64,000 nucleotides of DNA, from contig JAEOSU010000076.1 of assembly GCA_016840165.1 (NCBI GenBank), forward strand, positions 86,719 through 150,718. Reading direction: 5' to 3'. Shown here piece by piece: positions 17,581 to 26,637 of this stretch; position 1 is the stretch's first letter; each line of letters begins with the position of its first letter. Under the pieces are notes generated by a model, which was not told the DNA's origin, made no database searches, and saw only the letters and a program-made list of their open reading frames with translations. Origin of the DNA: Promethearchaeota archaeon. GTDB lineage: Archaea > Asgardarchaeota > Lokiarchaeia > Sigyniarchaeales > SOKP01. The position numbers and the translations under genes are program-made.

Positions 17581-18540
17581 TTATTTATTTGTTCCAATAA
17601 TTCTTCTTAATTCTCCAACCGTAGTTTTTAATTCTGAATATACATTATGGGGATGGATGGATTCATAACTTTCAATAGTGAATTTAATTTTAGACTGATC
17701 CTCCAAATTTGGAAAATCACTCAGGATGAATCTTTTTGCCATTTGTCTGACTACATCCTCAGAAAAAAGTGGATTTAGATGAGCTGTTCGAACTAGCCTT
17801 GCCTCTTCTGGTCTTTTTAGAACTGACTGCATTTTTCCCGACATTGAACCTTCTATGATATCAATTATATCTAAAACATCAATTTTATGATTGTTTAAAT
17901 CTTTAATCTGCACAATAATAGTTCCTTTTGATCGCTGATTATGAGAACTAAAAGGTAAGATATTGAGGAGTTTCTTAATATCTTCTTCCCGCAGATTGAT
18001 ATCTCTTCTATTTTTAATAATTTCTTCAGCATACTCTTGGCTCATTTCTTTTGCACAAGGGCAAACCGTCATACCAACGGCACTTGCCCCAATATAGTAG
18101 TTAAAATCAATCTCTCCTGATTCATCCTTACGGGCTTTTACAAAAGAACTTATATCATATGACTTTTGGATATTTCTTTGTTGTTCATCTTTAGTTTGAA
18201 CGACTATTTTGCCTTCAAGTTTTACATAGACTTTTCTGGTATAAGGATGCTTTTTGAGAAGTTCTCGTGCAATTCTATCTCCTACCACTTCTACAGATGG
18301 TGTTGGTTTGAAAATTACCTCATTTATGATCTCTTCGATAGTTTCAGAGGTGCGAGACATATGAATCCCTCGTTGTTTGGCAGGAAGAGATATCAGTGCA
18401 GAGATCTTAGGATAAAAGGAGTAGCGCTTATTTTCTTGAATGATCTCGACTTTTTTTTCGACACCAACAATCCCAACTTTATCGATAGGAATATCGATTT
18501 TTGAGCCAGAATTCTGTAAATCTTTTTTAAAGTGGCTAAT
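17581..18540 (-). CDS. mptA: GTP cyclohydrolase MptA / FolE2 family; N-terminus extended beyond the ORF-track ATG
   Basis: VCPCAKEMS motif. The in-frame upstream 60 codons encode DLQ...IDKVGIVGV...RGIHMSR, conserved FolE2/MptA N-terminal blocks. There is no ATG/GTG/TTG back to the stop at 18547-18549. ATT lies at 18538-18540. Confidence 0.78.
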   Translation of the reverse strand: MSHFKKDLQNSGSKIDIPIDKVGIVGVEKKVEIIQENKRYSFYPKISALISLPAKQRGIHMSRTSETIEEIINEVIFKPTPSVEVVGDRIARELLKKHPYTRKVYVKLEGKIVVQTKDEQQRNIQKSYDISSFVKARKDESGEIDFNYYIGASAVGMTVCPCAKEMSQEYAEEIIKNRRDINLREEDIKKLLNILPFSSHNQRSKGTIIVQIKDLNNHKIDVLDIIDIIEGSMSGKMQSVLKRPEEARLVRTAHLNPLFSEDVVRQMAKRFILSDFPNLEDQSKIKFTIESYESIHPHNVYSELKTTVGELRRIIGTNK

Positions 18541-18678
18541 TAAGTATCACTAACTTAAAATTATTTATCTATCTAATAAAAGTAGATATCTAATATAAAA
18601 AATATTAATGACCAAGTTTGTTCTACTAAAATTTATAATTTAATTTATATCATTACTATGCTTATCTAATTTAAAAAA

Positions 18679-19848
18679 ATGCCTGAAAAATATCTCTATT
18701 GTAAATTTGGGTTAATAGGAGAGAATTTAGAATTAAAACAAAATATAAATTTGTCATTTGACAAAGAAGGAAAAATAACTGAGTTAAAATTTGATGAGAT
18801 CGAAGCAGACATTAATTTTGATAGAACACGAGAAAATTATGTTATGATTCCAGGATTGATAAATTCTCATATTCATATTGGAGATAGCTTTGCTAAAGAG
18901 AGAGGTCATAATAAAAGATTAATTGAAGTTGTAAGTCCTCCCAATGGCATTAAGCATCTATTGTTGCGGGAAACTTCCGACACCAAAAAAATTAAAGGAA
19001 TTAAATATGCTATACATGAGATGATATCGAATGGAATAACCTATTTTATAGACTTTAGAGAAAATGGAATTAAGGGGATTGAACTTTTACAAAGAGCACT
19101 AAAAGATGAGAGTATTAAATGTTTGATATTCGGCCGTTTTGATCAAATAGATGATCTACAGGAAGTATTTTACAAATCAGATGGAATTGGATTATCAAGT
19201 TATCATCACCTAACCGATGATGTAAAGTTAGAGCTTAGAAGAATGAAATCCCGTCTGTTTAAAAAGATAGCTTGTCATGTTGCTGAACTCAATCATGAAC
19301 CTCTCCTTTTAAATGAAATATTAGAGGATGCTTTAGTCGATATAATTGTACACGGAACACAATTAAAAATTCCCGATCTAAGAAAAATTCAAGAAAAAAA
19401 AATTAAAGTTGTGCTATGTCCGAGGAGTAATGGATATTTTGGACTCGGATATCCTCCAATTAAAGAGATGTTGGAGTTAAGTATTCCTTTTTCATTAGGA
19501 ACTGATAATGTTATGGTTAATAATTTAAACTTATTTGAGGAAATGCGTTATTTATATTATACTGCAAGAAATCAAATAAACGAAGAGGATTTGGGCTATT
19601 TTAATGCTAAAAATATTTTTAAAATGGTTACTATTAATGCAGCTAAAAACTTCGACATTGAATCAGAAGTAGGGTCAATATCCTTAGGTAAAGCAGCTGA
19701 TTTAGTTATGATTGATTTAAATAATCCAAATTTTTACGTTAATAAATTAGATAAAGCTGAGTTCTTTTCATTACTTCTTCATAGGACTAATGTAAGGAAT
19801 ATCAACCAAGTATATATTGGAGGAAAGCTAATTTATGAAAGCGACTGA
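18679..19848 (+). CDS. amidohydrolase-superfamily deaminase-like protein
   Basis: INSHIHIGDS (HxH), CHVAE (HxxE), VHGT and GTDN metal/catalytic motifs, typical of the cytosine/guanine/MTA deaminase branch. Confidence 0.82.
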   Translation: MPEKYLYCKFGLIGENLELKQNINLSFDKEGKITELKFDEIEADINFDRTRENYVMIPGLINSHIHIGDSFAKERGHNKRLIEVVSPPNGIKHLLLRETSDTKKIKGIKYAIHEMISNGITYFIDFRENGIKGIELLQRALKDESIKCLIFGRFDQIDDLQEVFYKSDGIGLSSYHHLTDDVKLELRRMKSRLFKKIACHVAELNHEPLLLNEILEDALVDIIVHGTQLKIPDLRKIQEKKIKVVLCPRSNGYFGLGYPPIKEMLELSIPFSLGTDNVMVNNLNLFEEMRYLYYTARNQINEEDLGYFNAKNIFKMVTINAAKNFDIESEVGSISLGKAADLVMIDLNNPNFYVNKLDKAEFFSLLLHRTNVRNINQVYIGGKLIYESD

Positions 19849-20503
19849 TAAACCATATATCATTTTAAGTGCCGCTATGACCATCGATGGTAAAATAGCT
19901 TCTAAAGAAGGAGACACTGACATATCAGATGATAAAGATTGGAGGGAAGTCCATAAACTCAGAACTAAAGTAGATGCAATAATGGTTGGGAAAAATACAA
20001 TATTGGCTGATAATCCAAAACTCCATATTAAATTTTATTCCCATTCTGGTTATTATCGTATCGTAGTAGATAGTAATTTAGTAACGCCAATAGACTCTAA
20101 TGTTATTACATATCAACTAGACTTATATCCTACTATTATTTGTACTACTGAAAATGTACCTATTGATAAAATTAGGGAATATGAAGCAAAAAATGTTAAA
20201 ATTATTACTTCTGGTCGAAAGGAGCACGTTGATATAAATGCTTTATTACTAAAATTACATCAAATGGGTATTAAGTCAATTCTATTAGAGGGGGGAGGAA
20301 ATTTAAATTGGAGTTTTATAAAAGAAAACTTAGTGGATGAAATTCGATTGACAATCGCTCCTTGGATTATTGGAGGGCAAAATGCGATTAGTTTGGTTGA
20401 GGGAGATGGCTTCTCGCAAATGAAGAATGCACCTCGGTATCATCTATCTAAAGTTAAAACAAGAAATAATTATGTAAAATTGAAATTTTTGAAATTGACA
20501 TGA
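19835..20503 (+). CDS. arfC: 2,5-diamino-6-ribosylamino-4(3H)-pyrimidinone 5'-phosphate reductase (RibD C-terminal domain type)
   Basis: ILSAAMTIDGKIA, VGKNTILADNP, LLEGGGNLNWSF. Overlaps the upstream gene by 14 nt and the downstream gene by 4 nt. Confidence 0.85.
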   Translation: MKATDKPYIILSAAMTIDGKIASKEGDTDISDDKDWREVHKLRTKVDAIMVGKNTILADNPKLHIKFYSHSGYYRIVVDSNLVTPIDSNVITYQLDLYPTIICTTENVPIDKIREYEAKNVKIITSGRKEHVDINALLLKLHQMGIKSILLEGGGNLNWSFIKENLVDEIRLTIAPWIIGGQNAISLVEGDGFSQMKNAPRYHLSKVKTRNNYVKLKFLKLT

Positions 20504-21603
20504 GAAAATCGACATTACCTATAGAAAAACTCAAATCAATATCATTACGCAAGATACAAAAAAAAGTAAGTGAGATTACGAGTGAGTTTAATAAAGAACA
20601 TGATAAAGTTATAACTTATTCAAGGAATTTTACAATTTCATTGTCTAATTACTGTCTAAATCATTGCAGTTATTGTTTTTACAATCATCGGGTGCCTAAA
20701 GATCAAGATAATAGAAATACCATATTACTTTCTAATTCTAAATTAGACTCATTAATTGATAGTGCAAAAAAATTTGATTGTAAAGAAGCACTAATTTTAT
20801 CTGGGGAAGTACCAGACAGTTTTCAAATTGTAAGAGATGAACTTAAAGCCAGAGGTTTTGCGTCATTTTTCCGATATTTGGTCACTTTATGCAATAAACT
20901 TTTGGATATGAACTTCTTACCTCATACTAATGTGGGGTTAATCTCTTTTGATTATATGAAAGAATTGAAGAATATTAATGCATCAATGGGATTAATGTTA
21001 GAGAGTACGTGCGAAAGATTATCAATGAAAGGAGGAGTTCATGAATTTTCTCCTGGAAAGATGCCGGAAAAAAGAATTAGGTTTATTGAAAATGCGGGAA
21101 AACTTAAAATTCCGTTCACGACTGGTCTATTATTAGGGATCGGAGAGGATGAAACAAATAGGATTGAGGATTTATTTTTAATATACGAACTACATAAAAA
21201 GTATGGTCATATACAAGAAATTATCTTACAAAATTTCATAGAGAAGCAGAATATTCAATATCATCCCATTAGGCCTATACCCATAGAAGAAATACTCAGA
21301 ATAATTGGTATTGCTAAAATAATTATGGGAAATGAAATTGAAATCCAGGTTCCCCCAAATCTTTTAATGGGTTATGAAAAAGAAGCAATAACAATGGGGA
21401 TTACTGATTTTGGAGGTATATCGCCAATAACATTAGATTATATCAATCCAACTCATCCATGGCCCCAAATCGACTATTTAACAAAAATTTGTAAAAAAGA
21501 AGGGTATGAATTGAAAGAAAGATTACCTATTTATGAGAAATTTATTAGAAAAGAAGGATTCTGTTCAAAAAAAATTAAAGCTGTAATTAATAAAATAATG
21601 TAG
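20500..21603 (+). CDS. cofG: FO synthase subunit 1 (7,8-didemethyl-8-hydroxy-5-deazariboflavin synthase), radical SAM
   Basis: ITYSRNFTISLSNYCLNHCSYCFY is a CofG-type CxxxCxxC context. Confidence 0.82.
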   Translation: MRKSTLPIEKLKSISLRKIQKKVSEITSEFNKEHDKVITYSRNFTISLSNYCLNHCSYCFYNHRVPKDQDNRNTILLSNSKLDSLIDSAKKFDCKEALILSGEVPDSFQIVRDELKARGFASFFRYLVTLCNKLLDMNFLPHTNVGLISFDYMKELKNINASMGLMLESTCERLSMKGGVHEFSPGKMPEKRIRFIENAGKLKIPFTTGLLLGIGEDETNRIEDLFLIYELHKKYGHIQEIILQNFIEKQNIQYHPIRPIPIEEILRIIGIAKIIMGNEIEIQVPPNLLMGYEKEAITMGITDFGGISPITLDYINPTHPWPQIDYLTKICKKEGYELKERLPIYEKFIRKEGFCSKKIKAVINKIM

Positions 21604-21609
21604 AGACAT

Positions 21610-22734
21610 ATGGCAGCAGCATATAACCATATTGATAAAAAAGTAAAGAAAATTCTCAAGAAAGCTGAAAATTCTGAGGAGATAACCAAAGATGAGGCTT
21701 TGGAATTATTAAAAGTAACCGGAAATGAATTTTTTGCTCTACAAAATACTGCGAATAACCTTTGTTTTCAGAAAAAAAATAATGTGGTAACCTTTGTTAT
21801 AAATCGTAATATTAATTTTACAAACATTTGTTATCAGGGATGCCGTTTTTGTTCCTTTAGCGTTCCTAATAAAGAAAAAGATGCTTTTCTTTTAAGCATT
21901 GAAGAGATTCATGATAAAACTGTGCAAGCATATCATTCAGGATGTACTGAAATATGCATTCAAGGGGGTATAAATCCAGATTTAAATTTTGAATACTATT
22001 TAGATATCTTAAGTATTGTTAAAGAAGTTAATAGGAATCTCCATATTCATGCCTTTTCTCCCCAGGAAATTTTCTACATGGCGAAATTGCATGGTACTAG
22101 CATTGAAGAAACTTTAAAGGAACTTAAGAAAGCTGGATTAGATTCAGTTCCTGGAACTGCAGCAGAAATTCTTGTTGATAAAGTAAGAAAGATTATTTGT
22201 CCAAAGAAAATATCAACCGCACAATGGATTAATATTATAAAGACAGCCCATAATCTGGACATTCCAACCACTTCAACGATAATGTATGGCCATATTGAGG
22301 ATCTTATAGATCGTGTAGAGCATTTACACATTTTAAGAGAAATTCAAAAACAAACTTCTGGGTTCACTGAATTTGTACCACTTCCTTTTGTAAACGAAAA
22401 TCCCATATTATCTAAATTACCTAACTTTCCCTTAAGACTACATTATGGTATGGGAGATCTAAAGTTATTTTGTGTTGCAAGGCTATTTTTTAATAATTAT
22501 ATAGACAATATTCAATGTTCGTGGGTAAAATTAGGTCCTAAGATGGCTCAGGTTTCGTTAAACTATGGTGTAAATGATTTCTCCGGCACACTGATGGAAG
22601 AAAATATATCAAAGTCAGCGGGAGCAGATTATGGAGAGTATTTATCACCTCAAGAAATAACATCTATAATAAAAACAGCAGGAAAAAAACCTGCTCAAAG
22701 AGATACTTTGTATAAAATTTTAAAATTTTATTAA
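21610..22734 (+). CDS. cofH: FO synthase subunit 2, radical SAM
   Basis: VTFVINRNINFTNICYQGCRFCSF. Adjacent to cofG. Confidence 0.82.
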   Translation: MAAAYNHIDKKVKKILKKAENSEEITKDEALELLKVTGNEFFALQNTANNLCFQKKNNVVTFVINRNINFTNICYQGCRFCSFSVPNKEKDAFLLSIEEIHDKTVQAYHSGCTEICIQGGINPDLNFEYYLDILSIVKEVNRNLHIHAFSPQEIFYMAKLHGTSIEETLKELKKAGLDSVPGTAAEILVDKVRKIICPKKISTAQWINIIKTAHNLDIPTTSTIMYGHIEDLIDRVEHLHILREIQKQTSGFTEFVPLPFVNENPILSKLPNFPLRLHYGMGDLKLFCVARLFFNNYIDNIQCSWVKLGPKMAQVSLNYGVNDFSGTLMEENISKSAGADYGEYLSPQEITSIIKTAGKKPAQRDTLYKILKFY

Positions 22735-22747
22735 TTTAGAATTCTAA

Positions 22748-24625
22748 TCATTTCCTTGCTTGCTCTTGAAGCAGATTTAGAATGAAATGTTGGGTAATTA
22801 AGTCAGAACTTATTTTTCCAAGAACGATTCCCTCTTTAACTACAGGCATTGCTGAAATTTTATATTGCTCAAGTTCTCTGACTATTTCTAGCAAACTCAA
22901 GTCGGGAGATGCTGTAATTACATCCTTCGTCATAATATTTTCAAGATTAGTAGCACTAATTCCTTCAGCAATAGCTTTCGTTATATCCCAATCTGTTAAT
23001 ACTCCAACGAGTTTCTGATTTGAAAGAACTGCAACTATTCCACTATTTTCATTTATCATTAATTCAGCAACTTGTTGCATACTACTTTGAACATCAATAA
23101 CTGGAATAGTAATCATTATATCTTTTGCTGTTCTCAGACTTTCCTTTCGAGAAAGGCGTTGAAGGCTTATCTGTTCAGCCGCAGCAGATGGTAACAGGTC
23201 CTGATTTGAGGTTAAAATTTCGACTAACTCATTCATGTTATGTTGAATCACATTTTCTCTATATTCTCCTCCAGCTTCTAATCGTTCCATCGAGAGTTTA
23301 GCAAATTCCTTAGCATGATCCTTTAACCATATCTCAACCTTATCTGGATGTCCTAATAAGTTGTTTGGGATTTGAAGATTATCTGGTGTTTTTATTATAT
23401 GTTCTTGTGCTGCAAAAATTACTCCTCCAGAATTAACGAGATAATCATTCGCAATCATAATTCCTTTTCCTCGATAAACCACTTGCTCCATAACTGTTCT
23501 TGCCGCTTTCCTATTGGGATCAGGAGAGTAGGTATTCGCTCCTTCCACTATTAATGACCAATTTCCAATACGATCGACCGTCATTGAAGGATTATCAATG
23601 TTACTTACCCCCAAATAGTTAAATATTGGTGCTGCAGGAACTAAACAAAAAGCATTTTCACGAAGTAGGTTATTAGGATTATTTGAATATTTGATTGGAT
23701 GTTTGTGGCCTTTAGATATAATTTTACTCTTAAAATAATTAAGTGATACTCTCTTCTCTTCTACCCATATATCAAATAGTTCTTTAACTGGTAATCCATC
23801 CTCATCATAAAGATAGCCCTCTAAATCGCTTATTCCAATTACTTTCGCCTTTGGAAGACGCTCGGAAAGTATTCTAGCTGCATGGGCTCCCACAGCTCCA
23901 AAGCCTTGAATAATCAAGCTCACTTCTTCTGGTTCTGGAACTTCCAATGTAGAAAATTGGGAAAGCACAGTTAGACGTGGCATTATTTTTAATAAAGTTT
24001 GCAAAGCAATTACGACTCCTCCAGCCGCAGCACCAAGCTCATCAATTCTATTTCCTCCCATATCTGCAGTTTTAGATACAGCACTATCAATTCCATTTTC
24101 AATTGCAATAGTTTTCATATCCATATCATTTGTACCTACATCTGGACCGGGTACATATACATTTTTATATCTATTAATTAATCTTGCAAAATGGCGTACA
24201 ATCTCGGTGTGTTGATCTGGAGGTATATCTCGTTCTGCTATAATTCCAGACTTACCTCCTCCATAAGGAAGATTGGCTGCTGCATTCTTTAAAGTCATTC
24301 CTCTTGCTAGGTTGTATATATCTGAAGGTACTAAATCTGGAAGCATTCTAATTCCTCCCATACTAGGTTTGCCCATTGATAAATTATCAACGACTAAATA
24401 TCCACCTACTTCTAGTTCGGAGTTTTTATCCCATATACAGGCTACAAGCTGTGGCCCTAATTTATCACTTATAATCCCAATGCTAGACAGTAAGTTTTCA
24501 TCAGTTTTAGTAAATTCTAAATAACACAGACCATTTTCTTCGAAAAGACGGTTTTTAAGGATATTTTTGGGTAGATGTTCTTTTAGAAAACTTTCCATAT
24601 TTTTAGGAATCATTTTTACCACCAA
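22748..24625 (-). CDS. Glu/Leu/Phe/Val-family amino acid dehydrogenase fused to a C-terminal CBS pair
   Basis: GGIRM and KNAAANLPYGGGKSGI (catalytic Lys region), GFGAVG Rossmann loop. The C-terminal ~125 aa hold two CBS motifs (ITIPVIDV...GVLTDWDI; MTKDVITA...GKISSDLI). Confidence 0.88.
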   Translation of the reverse strand: MVVKMIPKNMESFLKEHLPKNILKNRLFEENGLCYLEFTKTDENLLSSIGIISDKLGPQLVACIWDKNSELEVGGYLVVDNLSMGKPSMGGIRMLPDLVPSDIYNLARGMTLKNAAANLPYGGGKSGIIAERDIPPDQHTEIVRHFARLINRYKNVYVPGPDVGTNDMDMKTIAIENGIDSAVSKTADMGGNRIDELGAAAGGVVIALQTLLKIMPRLTVLSQFSTLEVPEPEEVSLIIQGFGAVGAHAARILSERLPKAKVIGISDLEGYLYDEDGLPVKELFDIWVEEKRVSLNYFKSKIISKGHKHPIKYSNNPNNLLRENAFCLVPAAPIFNYLGVSNIDNPSMTVDRIGNWSLIVEGANTYSPDPNRKAARTVMEQVVYRGKGIMIANDYLVNSGGVIFAAQEHIIKTPDNLQIPNNLLGHPDKVEIWLKDHAKEFAKLSMERLEAGGEYRENVIQHNMNELVEILTSNQDLLPSAAAEQISLQRLSRKESLRTAKDIMITIPVIDVQSSMQQVAELMINENSGIVAVLSNQKLVGVLTDWDITKAIAEGISATNLENIMTKDVITASPDLSLLEIVRELEQYKISAMPVVKEGIVLGKISSDLITQHFILNLLQEQARK

Positions 24626-24733
24626 AAACGATATTTTATTTAAAATATCTATTAACTATTATGAGTCATTTGAATTTAAAATTGATTGGTTAATATATAA
24701 GAAAGCTATTAAAAATTAGAATGATTTGAATAT

Positions 24734-26635
24734 GTGATTATGGTTAATGATGAGAAGAAACTTCTTGTAATTGGTATCGATCAAGCTATTCCCTATCTTC
24801 TTAATAAATTCCTAAAAGAGGGATTACTTCCTAATATCGAAAATTTGGTGAATAATGGGGTCATTGGAGAAGGCTATTCTTGTCCTCCTTGCGATACTCC
24901 TACAAATTGGACAACGATAGCTACAGGAGCCACGACAGCGGTTCATGGAGTGACAAGCTTTTATATGCATCTTCCTGGTGAGCCTCTTGATTTAGGAATG
25001 AAATATCGATCAAGAACACAACTATATAAAAATTGTAAAGCACAATATTTATGGAATGTAGCGGATAGCAATGGATATAAGCCTTTTGTTTTGAATTACC
25101 CTTCTGGTTGGCCAAATGTATTTAAAAATGGAGTAATGAGCTTATTTACTTGGAATATTCCTGAATCCTTACCCAAAATGTTGATTTCAACTGAAATCTA
25201 TAAGATCGTATCAAACACACAGTCTTATTTAAAAAATGGTGAGATCTCAGAATATATTTTTGAAAATATCCAGAGTCTTACCCAAAATCTAAAAATGTCA
25301 ATTGAAAGTCAAAATGCTTCTTGGAAGAATTTCAAAATTGAGTTGAATAAGAGTAAGAACCAAATGTATGATTCGATTAAAATTAGTGGAATTGATTCTG
25401 GAAAATTTGAGATTGTTAAAGAAAATGAATGGAGCCAATGGTTAAAGTTAAATGTCAATTCAGAGTTCGGTGTTTTACCGTGTCTTTTTAGAATAAGACC
25501 GTTGAAGGTAGAAGAAAATGGCAAATATATTAAATTAGAACGTTCTGGAATCTATAATACAAAAGGATGGTCAGTACCCGAATCATTTGGGGAAAAAATC
25601 GTGAAGAATGTGTTTGAATATGACCTACCGAAGAAAAGGGATGTCGAATTTATGATTTATGGAAAAATGAAAAATTTTCTAAAGTCAGCTAGAAATGAAA
25701 GTTTATCCTTAGTTCAAGCACTTTATTTTGCCAAAAGAGATTTTAACTGGAATTTTTGCTTCTTTCACTATCATCCATTAGATACTATTAATCATGACCT
25801 TCTGGCGTTATTACATAAAAACTCAACTGTATATAGTGAAGCGAAAGCAAGCAAGGCACTCAAAAATGTGGAAACCGCATATAAAATCGTCGATGAGATG
25901 GTGGGGGAATTGATGAAAAGATGTGTAGATGAAGATACAATTACTTTATTTATTTCTGATCATGGTGCAATTCCTATTTGGAAAGTAGTTAATATCACTA
26001 AAATCTTAACTGAAGCGGGATTAATTACTTATAAATTTATTCATTCTCAGAAAAAGTATATTATAGATTGGAATAAAACAATGGTATTTCCTTATATGGA
26101 GCCTCCCTTTATCTGGGTTAATTTAGAAGGGAGAGATTCTTCAGGAATTGTTAAGCAAGAAGAATTTGAGAATGTGAGAGACCAAATTATTGAAGTCCTT
26201 TCAAACGTAAAAGAACAAAAAACAAATGTAAAGCTGATAGATAAAGTATTAAAAAAGGAGGACGCGTCAGATTTTGGTTTGAATGGTGAAAGAGTGGGAG
26301 ATATTGTTTATTTCTTAAATCCTCCTTATGGTGTATTTGATGGCGATTTAGATGCCTTAGATGCATCTTCTTTATCTCCAAGTGCATATAATAAACCCAT
26401 AACTTACAATTCCAAAAGATTTTTTGGAGCGCATGCATACTATACTCCGGACACGATTTTTGGAAATTTTTCTGTAAGCGTACCTTTAATAATTAGTGGA
26501 AAGGGAATCGCAAGAGGAGTGTCTCTAAATAAAATTATAAAATTAACAGATATAGCTCCCACCTTATCACATTTACTTAATATTCCAAAACCTCAGCAGG
26601 CACAAGGTAGTATTATTTACGATATCTTAGAATGA
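24734..26635 (+). CDS. alkaline-phosphatase superfamily protein (nucleotide pyrophosphatase/phosphodiesterase-like)
   Basis: VIGIDQA, PPCDTPTNWTTIATG (Thr nucleophile context), ISDHG. Confidence 0.72.
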   Translation: MIMVNDEKKLLVIGIDQAIPYLLNKFLKEGLLPNIENLVNNGVIGEGYSCPPCDTPTNWTTIATGATTAVHGVTSFYMHLPGEPLDLGMKYRSRTQLYKNCKAQYLWNVADSNGYKPFVLNYPSGWPNVFKNGVMSLFTWNIPESLPKMLISTEIYKIVSNTQSYLKNGEISEYIFENIQSLTQNLKMSIESQNASWKNFKIELNKSKNQMYDSIKISGIDSGKFEIVKENEWSQWLKLNVNSEFGVLPCLFRIRPLKVEENGKYIKLERSGIYNTKGWSVPESFGEKIVKNVFEYDLPKKRDVEFMIYGKMKNFLKSARNESLSLVQALYFAKRDFNWNFCFFHYHPLDTINHDLLALLHKNSTVYSEAKASKALKNVETAYKIVDEMVGELMKRCVDEDTITLFISDHGAIPIWKVVNITKILTEAGLITYKFIHSQKKYIIDWNKTMVFPYMEPPFIWVNLEGRDSSGIVKQEEFENVRDQIIEVLSNVKEQKTNVKLIDKVLKKEDASDFGLNGERVGDIVYFLNPPYGVFDGDLDALDASSLSPSAYNKPITYNSKRFFGAHAYYTPDTIFGNFSVSVPLIISGKGIARGVSLNKIIKLTDIAPTLSHLLNIPKPQQAQGSIIYDILE

Positions 26636-26637
26636 AT

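Noticed and set aside
20500-22734. The radical SAM pair could be MqnC/MqnE of the futalosine menaquinone pathway, with the upstream amidohydrolase as aminofutalosine deaminase.
   Set aside because: The first protein has the CofG-like TYSRN...CxxxCxYC context. The pair is fused in an operon with a RibD-C-type pyrimidine reductase that supplies the FO synthase substrate. H4MPT/F420-type genes surround it. The alternative is kept as the refutation test for the deaminase hypothesis.
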